The position numbers and the translations under genes were made by a program. A stretch of DNA of 64,000 nucleotides. Origin: Monocercomonoides exilis PA203 (lineage: Eukaryota; Protista; Preaxostyla). The notes beneath the pieces are model-generated. The model saw nothing but the letters and a program-made list of their open reading frames with translations, did not search any database and was not told the DNA's origin. Of the stretch, positions 21,390 through 35,151 are shown one piece after another; the first letter of the stretch is position 1; each line of letters begins with the position of its first letter. The DNA is taken from positions 1,116,001 to 1,180,000 of the forward strand of contig LSRY02000003.1 in the NCBI GenBank assembly GCA_001643675.2. The letters are read 5' to 3'.

Positions 21390-22060
21390 CAAATGAACTC
21401 AGTCTATCTTAAATGAACTCAGTTTATTCAAATAAACCCGATCTATTCGAATAAACAAAAGTTCATTTGAATAAACATAGTTTATTTGAATATAAAAAAT
21501 CTATTCAAAATTCATCTAATGAACTTATCTCAAACATTGGTCCATAAAAGTTTCGCCAAACATTTTTCTAATAAAAGAAATATACACAGTAGTTAAAGAA
21601 CAATCTATAAAAAATCAACACCCCGAAAAAATATATGATTTCAAAAATAATCACGCAGATCTTTTCACAATTATAAAAAAATTAAAATATAGTCAGAAAT
21701 AGGAAATAAAAGGTTTTTGAAGGGTTCCTATTATTTTTTTAATCTTAAAGAACTATAGAGAAAAAGAACTTTTTTGTTCCGATTAATTTTTTGGGTGACG
21801 ATAAATCACTGACACGAAAGTTAGTCGAAAACTACATGGATTTAAATAAAAATTGTTTTGTTGTTTTTTCAATGAAAAATAACTGATAAATGTTATAAAT
21901 ATTTTCTTAATATTGCCAAGGGAAAATCAACATGCTTTCTTTTGTGAGGATATTGTAATCTTCAAAATATTTTAAGACAATAACATTGAAGAAAGAACCT
22001 ACTCAGATGACCAAAAAAGACCTCGTAAAAAATGTGAGTGCTTTTTTCATTAACTCACAA
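21390..22060 (+). repeat. Dispersed repeat upstream of the giant surface gene, with ~19-20-nt tandem units at 21390-21510
   Basis: AAATGAACTCAGT(C/T)TAT tandem units and GAAAAAATATATGATTTCAAAAATAATCAC. Related blocks occur at 16910-17475 (rc), 44135-44290, 44615-44645 (rc) and 61625-61865. Confidence 0.6.
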
Positions 22061-22211
22061 ATGTATTGAGTTCTTTATAAATGTCTTAGGATTATTAATT
22101 TTTAACATATTTTTTATTCGAACTTAATATCTGATAATAATATGGGGCGCAGGAATTTTTCATTTCATTATTTTTCCTGCATCCACAATTGTGTCGAGGA
22201 GCTTCCCCAAC

Positions 22212-25200
22212 ATGAAAGCCGCATGCAATATTGTTGCGTTGTTGTTGCTTGCTGCTTACTGCTGTAATGACGAAGGCATTACAGAAAGGCCATATCATCA
22301 AAAATGGAACGGGGAGATGCAGAGAAGCATGATCAACATTGCAGATGAAAATAACAAGGGAAACAATTATTTTTACAATTCATTTACAAAAGTTATAAAA
22401 CCAGCTGACAATCACATTTACAGTATCCAAACGAATCTAAAAATCATCAACACCTCCTTGTGTGTGACCCATCTCAACATCATCCCCCTCGCTGGTTGCC
22501 CACTCCTCACTGCCCAACACCGCTCCACTGCCTCCATCTGTTCCTCCACTTGCACCATCCACCCACCTTCACTCACCAACAGCCACCACCACCACTGCCC
22601 CCTCTTCCTCTCTGCCCATGCCTCCCTCGCCCTCACAAACTTCTCCCTCACCACCCACCAACCTGCCATCTTCTCCTTCCCCCTCTTCTCCACCCCAAAC
22701 AATCTCCTCCCACATGCCCACTCCCCAATCCCTGTCTCCTTCTCCATCTCCCACTCCTCTTTCTCCTCTTTCGTCTCCCTCATCCAGCCCTTCCTTTTTT
22801 CTCCTTCTTCCCTCTCTTCCCCATCCCCTTCTCGTTCTCCATCTCTTTCCCCTTCTCCTTCATCTCCCTCATCCTCATCCTCATCATCTTCTTTTTCTTC
22901 CCCTTCCCCTTCCATTTCTCATTCGATTTCCTCTTCCCCTCTCCATATCCATCACAAATCCCATCCCCACCTCCAAATCCACCTCCATCTCCATCTCTCA
23001 AACACCCTCTTCTCCAACATCTCCTCTCCCCAATCCCCTCTATCTCTTCCATCCCTTCCTTCACACTCACTCAATTCATTCATCTCAACCACTTCTTCCT
23101 CTTCTTCCTCTTCCTCTTCCACCAACACCAACACCAATACAATCCCTTCCTTCTCTCTTCATTCATCCCTCTCCATCCACTCAACCATCTTCAAACACAC
23201 CCACAACCCCATCGATGGAACCATCCTCCCCAACCTCAACAGCCCATCCACTTCTCTCTCTGCCTTCAATGCCTCTTTCCTCCACCAAACACGCTCTTCA
23301 TCAAATGATCCCGTTGAATATATTGGATCCGAAACTCAAAGAGAGAAATTAAGTCGATTGTCCTTTACTGCTTTGAATAGCTACCTCTTTGAGTGGTGTG
23401 AATGGAATGATACAACTGGTGGATCAAGTGATGGAGGAGCGCTTTATGTTAACCGCGCAAATGCAAATCTCACGATTACGTCTTGCTCATTAGCTAAATG
23501 CTCATGTTACGGATATGGTGGAGCGTTATACTGTTACAGTTTGTTAAATCTCAACTTCACCAAATCCAATTTCACAAGTTGCTCGGCTGCTCATGGAGGA
23601 GCAGTGCACACTTATCATTCACAATCAAATTCTGTTTGGACATTCTCAGAAAACAGAGTGGAAAGTTGTTCAATCACAAACTGGTGCGGAACTGGTTGGT
23701 TTTTTGCTATCAGCACCTTATCTTCAAACGGTCAATTTTTGTTTTCTGAATGCAAGTGTATTTCAAACTCAGGTGGTGATTCTGCTGGTTCTCTCACATT
23801 CAATTGGCCTCCTCAAGTGAAGCCAAATCAATTTTTGGTTGATGATTGCCAGTTCATTAATAACAAATTAACTCCTTCTTCGACATATGGAGGTGCCGCG
23901 ATGTGTTTTTATCCTCCGTATTCCTGGATGAATGGAGTAAAATTCATCACATTCTGCTTCTTCGATGGAAATATAGCTGCAAATGGAATGGGGAATGATG
24001 TGTTCTTTTACGGAAGTGATATCACCCAATCTCCATTCCAGCAATGTGGCTCAACAACTCCAACAAAAAGAGTGTGGAATAATGGAACAGCTGATAATAC
24101 CGTGTTCAATGGCTGGCTCCCACTCATCGCCCAGAACAAAATCGTTGCCAACAGCGGAAATGATGTTGATGGTTGCGGAAAAACACGCCAAAGCCCATGC
24201 GCCACCATCGAGTATGCCCTCAACGGCTTCATTTCCCTCCTCCAAGACGCTTCCCTCACACTCCTCTCCTCAACATTTGTTCCCACTCAAACACTCACCT
24301 TCAGCGCGGTTGACACTAAAATCACTGGAAATGGCACAACTGCCACCACTATCGCCTCCAGTGGCATTCCCCAACCATCAAACTCATATTCGCAGTCATC
24401 ACAATCAGCATCATCATTTTCTTCATTTTCTTCATTATCAACATCTTCTTCTTCACCAGATCCATCTGCCTCGTCTGCCCTCTTCCAACAGACCCAGGGC
24501 TCCCTCACGGTCTCTGCCCTCGCCATCGCCCACAACTCCTCAAACCCCATCACCCCCATCCTCTTCCACCTCTCCGATAACTCCCCTTCCCTCAACCTCA
24601 ACACAACCACCATCACTGGAACAACCTCCAATTCAATCACCACACCCCTCTTCTTCCTCACTGCTGGCTCCCTCGCCCTCAACCACACAGCAATCACCCA
24701 ACTCTCCCTCAACAGCCAAAGCATCTTCCACCTCACCTCCCTCACAGCACCCCTCACCCTCAACTCCTCCAACATCACCCACATCACCTCCACAGCCACC
24801 CCCACCAGCTGTGTCATCTCCTCTGCCGCCTCCCCTGCCCTCTCCCTCTCCCTCGCCAACTGCACCATGACCAACATCAATTCAGAACAGTTGAGCCAAC
24901 AAACTGCCACCAATGGCGGGTGCATCTCATTCGCCTCGTCTGCCCCTGCCAACTCGTTTTCGGTGAGTGATTCCACCTTCTCCACCTGCTGTGTGAACGA
25001 GGATACAAGTTCTGGAGGAAGAGGTGGCGCTCTCATGATCGAGTACAAGGATAATTCAGAAGTGTCAGAATCCTCCTTTTCCATAACCAATATTGTGTTT
25101 TCAGCCAACAAAGCGAGCGTCGGAAGAGATATGTATTTTGTGTGTGAATCATTTGTCGCTTCTGTGAAAGAGCCCATGTTCGCCTTCATGGGAAACATCA

Positions 25201-28200
25201 CTCAGAAAGACAACTCGATTGCTGGACATGATAGAACAGAAGCATTTAGCGATTGTGATGTCGATTTATTCATATTCTTCGATGGTTTCTTTGACAGTAC
25301 AATATATGTGGATGGAATATCAGGAGTGGAAGAGGTGTATTGTGGACTGGAGAAGGCGCCATGTTTGAATGTGAATTATGGGATAGAGCGTTTGAAGAGA
25401 ATACAGAACACAAAAGAGGAGATTATTGTTATTACAAATACGTTGATGGCAGGATGTGTGGATGTGAGTGAGATGTGTATAAAGGCAAAAACTGAGACAA
25501 TTGTAGAAATCGAATGCCAAAGGGAAGTGAGTGGATCTGAAGCGTGCGTGGTGGAATCATCATCGCTGACAGAAATGGAATTCATTGAAATTATTGTTCC
25601 ATCGAGTTTTAACAGAACAATCACATCAGTGATTGAATCGAGCACTCAAAATGGGGAGTTGCACATGAAGAACTGTGAGATGAATGTTGTTGGAGGAAAG
25701 GAAAATACAATTGGATATTTCTTGATCAGATCAATGGGAAAGATGGTTGAGCTGGATTCTGTCACGATTTCAGATGTGAAATCAACAGTCTCGCTATTTT
25801 CATTGTCTCTTTCCTCATCAAATGTGAATGAACAGGAATACAAAGTGAAACTATTGAATTGCACAATGGAAAGATTGGAAATTGATGGAGGTGAAGAGGC
25901 AGCCGTGATTGGAGGGAATGTGGAAGTTGGGATGATGATAAATGGAAGCAATATTGAAGGGCATTGTCGGAGAAGAGCAAAGAAGGAGGAGCACTGAAGA
26001 TAGTGTTGAGTGCAGATGGATACATTACAATTGAAAAGAGCTCATTTGTTGGATGTCTTTGTGAGAATATGAGTGAGGGAGGAAAAGGAGGAGGGATATA
26101 TCTGGATTGCAGTTCAAATGAAGAAGGATTTCAGCTTTCATCGATATCGTTTTCTGGATGCTCAGCAACGATAGGGAAGAACATGTTTGTGAAGAGTGGG
26201 AATCTGGTGAACAGCGTGAATACAGAGCGTTTTGCATTTGATTGCACAGGATTCAAGGATGATGGGAATGCATTTGTTGGGGAAGATGGAAAATATGGAG
26301 AAATGGATCTTCGAGTGTTTCTTGTTACTCTGAAGTGGATGGTCGTGTCTGTATCGACTGGTGGACATGACACGTTGGGATGTGGAAGTGAAATATTCCC
26401 GTGTGAATCTATGAAAAGTGGAATTGACCACATTGACAGAAGTGGAACAGAAGGAGAAAGGAAAGTGAAAGTGAAAGATGAAGGAACAATTGAGTATATT
26501 TATTCCTTTACAGATGCTCTTGTGATCGATGGAGAAGCCATTAAACATAAGACTGTTCATTTTAAAGAGAGAATCAATGGAGATTCTGCATCATCATCGT
26601 CATCTGTTATTTCATCAATTCAGCCACTTAGCTTGTTATCTTTGAAGTTACAGATTCCAAATCAATTTACACCAAGTATGAATTCACTGATCTCATCGAG
26701 TGGAGATCTTCAACTCGAAAACTGTTCATTTGACATCCAATCATCAACGGCCATTCAATACTCGTTGATAACCACAACAGGTGGAAGTTGCACATTGAAG
26801 GGATGCAGTTTGACAGGTTGTTCATTTTCCAAATCTCCATTGGTGATGGCTTCTTCTGTTTTATTTGAAAACAGCAACTTTTCAAACATTACGAATACTG
26901 GAAGCGGTGAAGGAGGTCTTACAAGAGTGACATTGCAAGGGAATAAAGATTTAGCGATAAAATCAACAAATGCATCATCTTGCTCACTTTCATCAAGCAA
27001 TGGGAAAGGAGGATTCTTGTATTTGGATTGTGAAAATTGTTTGAATGAAAATCCATTTATTTTTGATACTGGCGTAACATTTGAGAACAACAATGCAACT
27101 TTTGGAAAGAATATGTTCATTTTGGCAAAAGATTTTAACAGTTCTGTTACGAATGAGTCATTTGCCTTCAATTACTCATCAATGAAAGATGATGACAATT
27201 TGTTTGTTGGAAGTGACGATTTTCATCAAGAAAAGGATTTATTCATGTTTCTGATTCCATACAGCTCATTTGAGATATTTATTTCATTGAACGGATTTGA
27301 TGTCACGCGTTGTGGAAGTGAGGAAGAGCCATGCAAAACGATGTGGAAAGGGATGAAAAATATGGAAACGGGAGATGATATGAAAACAATTCAAATATCA
27401 GGATCAACAATTATTCAAGATTCATTCAGCATGTCCAATTATCAGATCAAAAAGGCTTCATCAATGGGAGAAGAGAATGTGAAAGCGATATTGAATTTTG
27501 AAAAGGTAATTGGAGGTCAGCTGGAATATTTCATGGAAAATGATAATCATCTTGAATTTTCCAACATCCAGCTCCAATTAACATCTAGATTTGACAACTC
27601 AGCCAAAACGATTATTTCAAACAAAGATGGAGATCTGGTGATAAGTGAATGTTCCTTCCATTCAGAAGCAGAAGTGAACAATGGTTTTGATTGTGTATTT
27701 GTGGATGCGATTGGAGGAAGCGTGAAAGTGAATGATTTGTCGATTGAATCGTGCAATGTTGGAAACAGTATATTTGTCATTCATGATGCTGGAGTTTCTT
27801 GTTATTTCTTGAATGTTCGAGTAGAATCGTTGAATGAAAGCGGCGGATGTCTTCTTCTGATCAAAGGAACTGAATTAGCAACAAAGATTAATGAAGTGGG
27901 TGAGGAAGATATCAATATTAAGATTGATAATTCATCATTTTCAGGAGTGAAGAGAAGTGACAATGGAGCAAGCATTTTGGAGTCGAAGAGTGATAAAAAG
28001 ATCGATTTGGTTGTGAAGGAGAGCAACATCACAAAAGACAAAGCAGAAATGAGTGAAAAAGGAGGTGCAATATTCTTCACATTGGGTGCATCTGGATCAA
28101 TGAAGATGATTGACTCGACAATTAGCCATTGCAGCTGCAGTCTTAGTTCAGGGAGAGGAGGAGGAGTGTATTTGGCAACAAAGGAACGAGGAGAATTGAA

Positions 28201-31200
28201 TTTCACATTTGTGGGAATGAAATTCAATGAAAATACAGCAAGAGTCGGGAATGATATTTTCATTGAATGCTTCAACATCACATCGCAGATTAATGAAAGC
28301 CAATTCCAGTTTGATCTTCGAGAGAATCATTATTCACGAATTAATGCGATATATGGAATTGATGAATGCCAGTATACAGTTTACACAGATCTGATTGAAT
28401 TTGTAACAATTTATCAGAGCGACACAATCATTGTGAGCAGTGTGAATGGAACGAATGAGAGGAGATGTGGAACAAACACACTTCCATGTTATTCGATTGA
28501 GCATGGCCTGATTCATTTGACTTCGGAGATGATTAGTCAAATACTCGTTATACAAGAGAGTGTGATTGGGGAAGAGATAAATCTGAAGGAAATGAGCTTG
28601 TGTTCAAAGAGCAGAGAAAATTGCATAGTTGAAGTTGAAACAGGAATTGAAAGGACGAGAGAAGCGCTGGTGATAGCAAGTGGAACAGTCTCATTGCTGA
28701 GAGTGAACTTTGTATTTGATTCGAATTTCATTTCTCAACATGAATCACTAATCTCACCAAAAGGTGGTATTCTTGAAATATTGAATTGTTCATTCACAAC
28801 AAAACAATCTAATGAAGAAGGAAATGAATATGCAAGCATTCCATTTCGTATTTTTAATATGGAAAAAGGAGAATTGCAACTTGATGGATGCACAATATCA
28901 AATCTAGTTCTTCATGAATCTGCATTGTATCTTTCTTCTCAACTTCCATCAGTGATTTATTTATTAACGATTTGCCATTCGACAATTTCAAAATCTCTGA
29001 TTGATATAAATGAATGTGGGCAATTAACAATTAAGGATTTCAATACAGAAAATATCTCAGTTGAAGGAGATGAAGAATCACTGATATCATGCTTGTCAAT
29101 GAAAAAGACAATTCAATTAGCAAATTGCACAATGGGTGAAGTCAGTTCAAAGACCACAAAAGGAAAATTGATGAAAGTGGAGAATTGTTTGGATGTGAAA
29201 ATGGACAGCTGCATTTTCGATGGGAGTTCAAAGGAAAGAAACGAGAAGAGTTTGAATGCAGAAGAAGAGATGTGCAGATGGGATGGATCTCTTGTGGATG
29301 CTGTGAAGAGTTCTGTGATGATGAAAGACACAACAATATCGAATTCACAAGAAGGTGGAATAACAATGAGTGGAGGGGAAATGACTGTTAATGATGGAAG
29401 ATTTGAAAACAACAATCCCTCAATTGAAGGATATCCATCACTGAGAAGAAATATCATCTGTTCAGATTCTGGAACATTGAATGTGATGAGTTTGAAAGGA
29501 GGAGATGGATGGGAAAGAAATACATCACTTTGGATGTTGAATGAAGGATGCAGTTTTGGAGGGATTGTTTCAGAGAGTGATTCATCGTTCTTCATTCCAG
29601 TTCTGGGGAGTGTGGAAGCAAAAGAAGAGACAGATAGAATGAAGCTGACATTCAAAGGAATGCTTCTTGTTCCATGCAATTTGTCATTTTCAGTTGTGAA
29701 GAGAAAAGGAGAAGAGAAAGAGATTGAACATTTTGATTTTGACTCAAATGGGTTTTTGTCAGAAATAGAAGTTGAGGGAAGTGTGGCAAAAGATCTGATC
29801 AGCAGTTGTGGAGATGAAATCGAAGTTAGTGTGCACATTTTGTTTGGGAATGCTGAATCTCCATCATCTACAGATTCATTCATTTTGAAGAATTCAACTG
29901 TATCTGATGGAGATGGAAACATTGCGAAAGGAGACAACAAAACAAATTCATTGTGGATTGTGATTGCTATTATTATATTTGTTCTTTTTATTATTCTGAT
30001 AGGATTTGTTGTTGTATCAATTCGATGGAGAAAGGCAAAGAATGAAAACAAAGATTTGAGAGAGATTGTGAATGATAACATCAGAAAAGATCCGAAGGCA
30101 TTTGAAATGGTGACAATGGAGATGTCGCCTGAGGAGCAGTGGAGGAGGGTAGAGAAAGAGGCAGAGAAGAAGAATGAAGAGAGGACAAAGAAGAGAGAAT
30201 ATGAAAAGAAAATGCATCATTCTGAGTCATCTGAATATCTTTTGGCTGAGAGTGGATCAACAGAATACATCCTTGAACAAGATTCTGATAAAATCGGTAA
30301 ATGGGATTTGGAGAAGGAAGAAGAAGAAGAGACACAAAAGCGAATTCCATCACCATCAATCTCATCCACAGATACAGAAACCACATTTGTTCGAGGGGAG
30401 GATCTGTGTCCAACAACCTCATCGATGTCAAACTTGGTGGATGCAATGGCCTGCTCATCTCCTTATGAAAAGTTGATTGTGGATTTGAGGGATTCTCTGT
30501 TCATGCTGCTTCATGGGAGGAATGAGAAGAAAGATCTGGCGATTGGCACTCTGAAGGAGAGAGAGGTGACAGGAGCGCAGATGCTGTTCTGGGTGGCGAA
30601 TGGAGCGTTGCACTCGCTTGAAGATGAGGAAGACGAACTTCCCTCTTTGCGAGACTTGAGTCCGCACATTGTGCTGTTCTCGGAGCACATGGTGATCTGC
30701 ATTGCGCTCCACTCCGACTGCTCCTCGTCATCTGATGATTCGGATTCATCCACAATCTCATCATCAACCACGATTGTGACATCTGCAAGTGTTGTTGATG
30801 ATGATGATGATGAAAGAGATTCTCTGCCCTCATCAGCGTTTGAGGATGATGAGGATAAGTGGAAGGAGTGTTTGAGGTGGAAGGCGCCCGAGCTGGTGAT
30901 GAACAGGAAGATGGGAGCAACAGAGAAGTCGGTGGCATTCTCGATTGGGATGATGCTGTGGGAGTGTGTGACACTCGAGATCCCGTTTGGAGAATACGAA
31001 GGGGAAGTGGCAGGGCAAAAGATTGCTGATGGAGAGAAGCCGGATGAGAGGGGAATTGAAGAGAGCATGATGAAGAATGTGGTGAATGCGTGTCTGTCAG
31101 CAGAGCCATCGAAAAGACCAACACTCACAGAAGTGAAGAAAGAGCTGGTTGGGTTATTTCCTTCTGGGACATTTGTTGTGACGATGACAGATGCGATCAT

Positions 31201-31312
31201 GCTTGAGGAAAGCAGCGAAGAGCAGGACGAAGAAAATGATGATGGAAAAGAATGTGAAAAGGAAGGGAAATTGGATGTGAATGAGATGAAAGACATGTTT
31301 GACAAAGGATGA
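22212..31312 (+). CDS. Giant type-I membrane protein: signal peptide, Pmp/pectin-lyase-like beta-helix repeats, TM helix, C-terminal kinase-like (probably pseudokinase) lobe; single frameshift at the G-run 25959-25961
   Basis: ATG 22212 MKAACNIVALLLLAAYCC; repeated GGA(L/I)Y..F..N.A..G.D and CG....PC.T modules; TM LWIVIAIIIFVLFIILIGFVVVSI; LRDLSPH, LRWKAPE, SVAFSIGMMLWE, PSKRPT. One extra G restores EG-A-LSEKSKEGGAL across ORFs 22191-25997 and 25964-31312 (~3,030 aa). Confidence 0.85.
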
Positions 31313-31771
31313 GAGATGAAAACAAAAGAAATATTAACAAAACATGAATGCTTGATGTCAGAGAAAGAAAATTGTTTCTGCATATTTGACTCAATTTTGA
31401 TTGCAGCTGAAATTCACCTCGTAGATTTTTGAGATATGCTTGATTTAAAGTTGAAGTTTTTGGAGCATGCGAATTTTTTTATTTCTTGTATTTTTAATAT
31501 GTTATAGAAGATTTGTTTCATTGACTTTTGAAAAACAGAAAATTCGAAGAAAATGGGGAAATAGGGTGCATATTTTATCTTGACCTCAAAATTTTATCTC
31601 AACCCTGTTTTTTTGAAACTTATTTTTGCTTTTTTGATCTGTGAAAAGGCTAAAAACAAAAACAAAATAAATAGACTTTCTGATATTTTTGTTTTTCAGA
31701 ATTCTATTAAATAATTTTTTGAAATTATTATGTTCAAAAAAAAATTGAAAATTTTTATAATTTAAGACCCA

Positions 31772-32616
31772 GATCAAAGACTTGCTGGCTGTGAAGCGAA
31801 TATTTCATATCAAACGTTTTAAGCCACAGCATCAGCATTCCGCATTCCTATATTATAATTTTAACTTGTTTTCAACATTTTCAATTTAATTTTTGACCTT
31901 TTTTTCTCATTTCACTGTTTTTGCTTAAAACATGAATTTTTCTATAAACAAGTGTTTGTGCCAAATTTTATTAAAATGAAAAAAATACATGGGTGATTCT
32001 TTTTTTAAAATCACAAATGTTTAATTATCTAATATATCAAAAATTTCATATTTTGCTTTATATTTTGTTAACAAATATCAAAATAAACTTAAATGGAATC
32101 TGTTGCTTGAAAATGCTATTTCATACATTCAAGTGAATTTACGTGAATGTTAACAGAAATTTGAGCAAAACATGAAATATTTGATTTATTCAAAAATTAA
32201 ACATTTGTGAATTTTCAAAAAGAATCACCCAGATAAAGTCTTATTTATCGTTTATTTGCATTAAGCATTGAAATGAAAAGGAACTTTTCAATAATTTGAA
32301 CAGAAAAGCAAGTATATATCATTTTTTGTGTTTCAAATTACCACACACATACAAATAAATTATCGTTTTAACACAAAAAAATCGTTTTATTTTAATAATA
32401 TTTATTTATCATTTCAATAAATTTCAAAACAAATTCATATGCATCCTTAAAATCGTGTTTTTTTGAAAAAATGTGTGAAATGAGAAAAAATGTAAAAAAA
32501 CAAGTTGAGAAAGTTTAAAACAAGTTCAACTTATAAAAAAGAAACGATGTTTATGATATGAAAGCTTAAACCTGCCGAAAAAAAATATTCGCTGGAAAAC
32601 CAGCAAGTCAATGATC
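31772..32616. repeat. ~850-bp degenerate foldback (palindromic) element
   Basis: Mirrored blocks GATCA..GACTTGCTGG..AGCGAATATTT at the ends, GGGTGATTCTTTTT..CACAAATGTTTAATT (31991-32026 vs 32195-32230) and ATTTCATATTTTGCT vs AGCAAAACATGAAAT. The inner blocks mirror around ~32110, so the arms are unequal. Confidence 0.8.
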
Positions 32617-32689
32617 AAAACATAATATTATTACAATCCTCCATCTTTTTGAAAAACAAGAAATATTGGAAAAAAAAATATATAATAAG

Positions 32690-34184
32690 TGTAAGTGCAC
32701 AATATACGACAGTTAACAATTTTCTGTGTGGATGATTATAAGAATATTATTAACTGTTTTATATGGTTTGCTTGAATTTTTTTGTGCGGAAACTTTTTTG
32801 TTGGACCCATGAAATTTATAAAATTTTTACTCAAATTATGGGATCGATCAAAATTTTTGATCAAAATATTAATTTTGCAATTTTTTTCTGAATGCAAATT
32901 GAGGATCGCAAATTCAAAATTAGCTTCTTCAAAGAATTATTTCATAACGCAAATGATACATGGGAATGGTTCAGAAATGAAGTGTTAAATCAAAGATACA
33001 TAGAATGCAGAAATTGTCACAAGGAAATGGTTCTCTATGAACGAAATCCTAATTCCAGGCAATGGAGGTGCTTCAGATGCAATAAAACAATAAGCCTGCT
33101 GTCAAATCTATCAATAGAAAATCAAAAAATAGGAATTGGAAAATTAATGCATATTTTCCTTTTCAAATGGATGAAGCTTTCAATCATGCAAACTTCTTCA
33201 CTTCTTGGTGTGCATAGAAACACAGTTGGTTTTTACCATTCCCTTGCAACAGCAGCAATGGCACTGAGCTCAGCATCATCGTTTCAGCCAATTGGAGATG
33301 AAAATACAATTGTGGAAATTGACGAAGCAATTTTGAACAGAAGAAAATATCATAAAGGCAGATGGAAGAAGCAGATCTGGCTTTTTGGAGCTGTTCAAAG
33401 AACTCAGGATGGGAAACAAGGAAGCTTTTTTATTATCAGAGTCCCTAATAGGAAAAAAGATACATTGCTACCAATCATTCAAGCGAATATCTTACCTGGA
33501 ACTATGATTCACAGTGATGAATGGAGAGCGTACTCATCTCTCAGTTAAATCGGTTACGGCCACAAAACAGTCTGCCATGAATATCATTTTAAAGATCCAG
33601 AAAGCGAAATATGTACCAACATGATTGAGGGACTTTGGAGCCAATTTCGAAAAGATTTGCCTCGCACGGGGCTGAAGGAGAAATTCATTGATGATTATAA
33701 TTCTTCTTTTGTGTTTCAAAAAAGAAAACAATCAACATTTGTTGAAACTGTGAAAGAAATTTGCCAATATAAAGTGGATGAATATATTGAAGAAGAAAAG
33801 GAAGACCACGAAGAAGATGATGACGAAGAAGATGTGCCAGTTTTAGCTGAACAAAATGAAGAAATTTCTGAGGATTCGATGGAAGTTAGCGATGGAGCGG
33901 AGCATTCTGAATATGAACCCGAATAAAAAACCGTTGCATTGCTTAAATCATATTTGTTAAGAAATATTTGTTTGCATATCAATCTCTAATTGCAAAAATT
34001 TTTGAAAATTTGATTGAAAATAAGAAAAAATTTTTGATCAAAAAATAATTACGCAAAAAATATAATATTTTTTTTTCGAGTTTCCGCAAATGGTTGAAAG
34101 AAAAAAACATATGTGCACGACATGTTATCATCATAGCTTCAACATATGTTAATTTTATTTACGGTCGTATATTGTGCATTAACC
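32690..34184 (+). mobile_element. Merlin family A copy 2 (1.5 kb, uninterrupted)
   Basis: TIRs (T)GTAAGTGCACAATATACGAC.. and ..GGTCGTATATTGTGCATTAACC. Near 8-bp TSD ATAATAAG / AAAATAAG (7/8). Encodes the same translations as copy 1. Confidence 0.92.
32892..33926 (+). pseudogene. Merlin-A transposase with the same in-frame TAA (33546-33548)
   Basis: Translation identical to 4713-3679. Confidence 0.9.
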
Positions 34185-35151
34185 AAAATAAGGAAATTAA
34201 AACATTTCAAACATTTCTAGATATTTTTTATTTATCACAAGCTTATGTATCGCTGAAAGCATAACAAAAAAGAAAAAGGTCAAGATAAAGAAAAAAGGTC
34301 AAGATAATATTATAGCCCTAATTAATTTTCAGAAATATTTATCAATTTTCTGTCAGTGTGCGTTGTCTGGGCTCATTGATAGTTATTTGTAAAGGCAAAA
34401 AGGAAAAGATGAAAAATTGATTATCAGTTATTACACTTTACGTACAGTTTGTTGATATAATCTCATGTCATTGAGATTGCTTCATTTAATCTCGTTCAAT
34501 TGATTATCATTCACGAATACTAATAATTTTTGTTTGAATTAGATCAAAACTTTTGAATTTTTGCTAACTTCTAAAAAAATTGTTTATGTTTGAATGTTAT
34601 TCATAAAAAGAGAATACAACCAAATAACCATCTCAAAATCAAAGAAAAATAGTCGCAACAATTATAATCGGCAAGCCATTACAACAAAAGAAATCTAAAA
34701 ATAAAAATAGTGTTTAATTTTTTTAAAGAAAAAAATTTCAGTTTCAATGTTTAAAAAATTATAAAAAAGGCAATTGCATAAACAGAAAAATAAACATATT
34801 GCATTTAACAGAGTAAAGCAACAATAATGGACAATATGAAACAAGCAAGAAAATATATATAAATTCAAATACATATTCCTTTTTTTTAAAAAAAAATAGA
34901 TAAACAAAAGTCTGTGGGAAAATTAGAAGAAATAAAAGAAAAGAAAAGAAAAAAACTAATCAAAATTTAAATGAATTTTGATCTATAAATAAACATTTAT
35001 CATGCAACACTCAAACAAAGAAACTTCTTCTTTTCTGGCTCAAAGTTTTCATATAGGATTATTAAATTCTTTTCAAAAGTTAGAAATTTGTAATGACACT
35101 TATTATCACTTGAGTATTTGTGAAGCTTCTTCAAATATGATTTATCATCGA

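Noticed and set aside
21390-21510. CRISPR-like array (also 44135-44290 and 52994-53407)
   Set aside because: These are contiguous degenerate tandem units without unique spacers, with no cas genes and in a eukaryotic context.
22418-25201. Long overlapping and antisense ORFs within the giant gene (and similar ones at 15-16, 41-42 and 47-49 kb)
   Set aside because: They are shadow frames caused by stop-poor, compositionally skewed coding sequence.
34266-34308. ~20-bp direct duplication AAGAAAAAGGTCAAGATAA
   Set aside because: An isolated slippage duplication with no associated structure.
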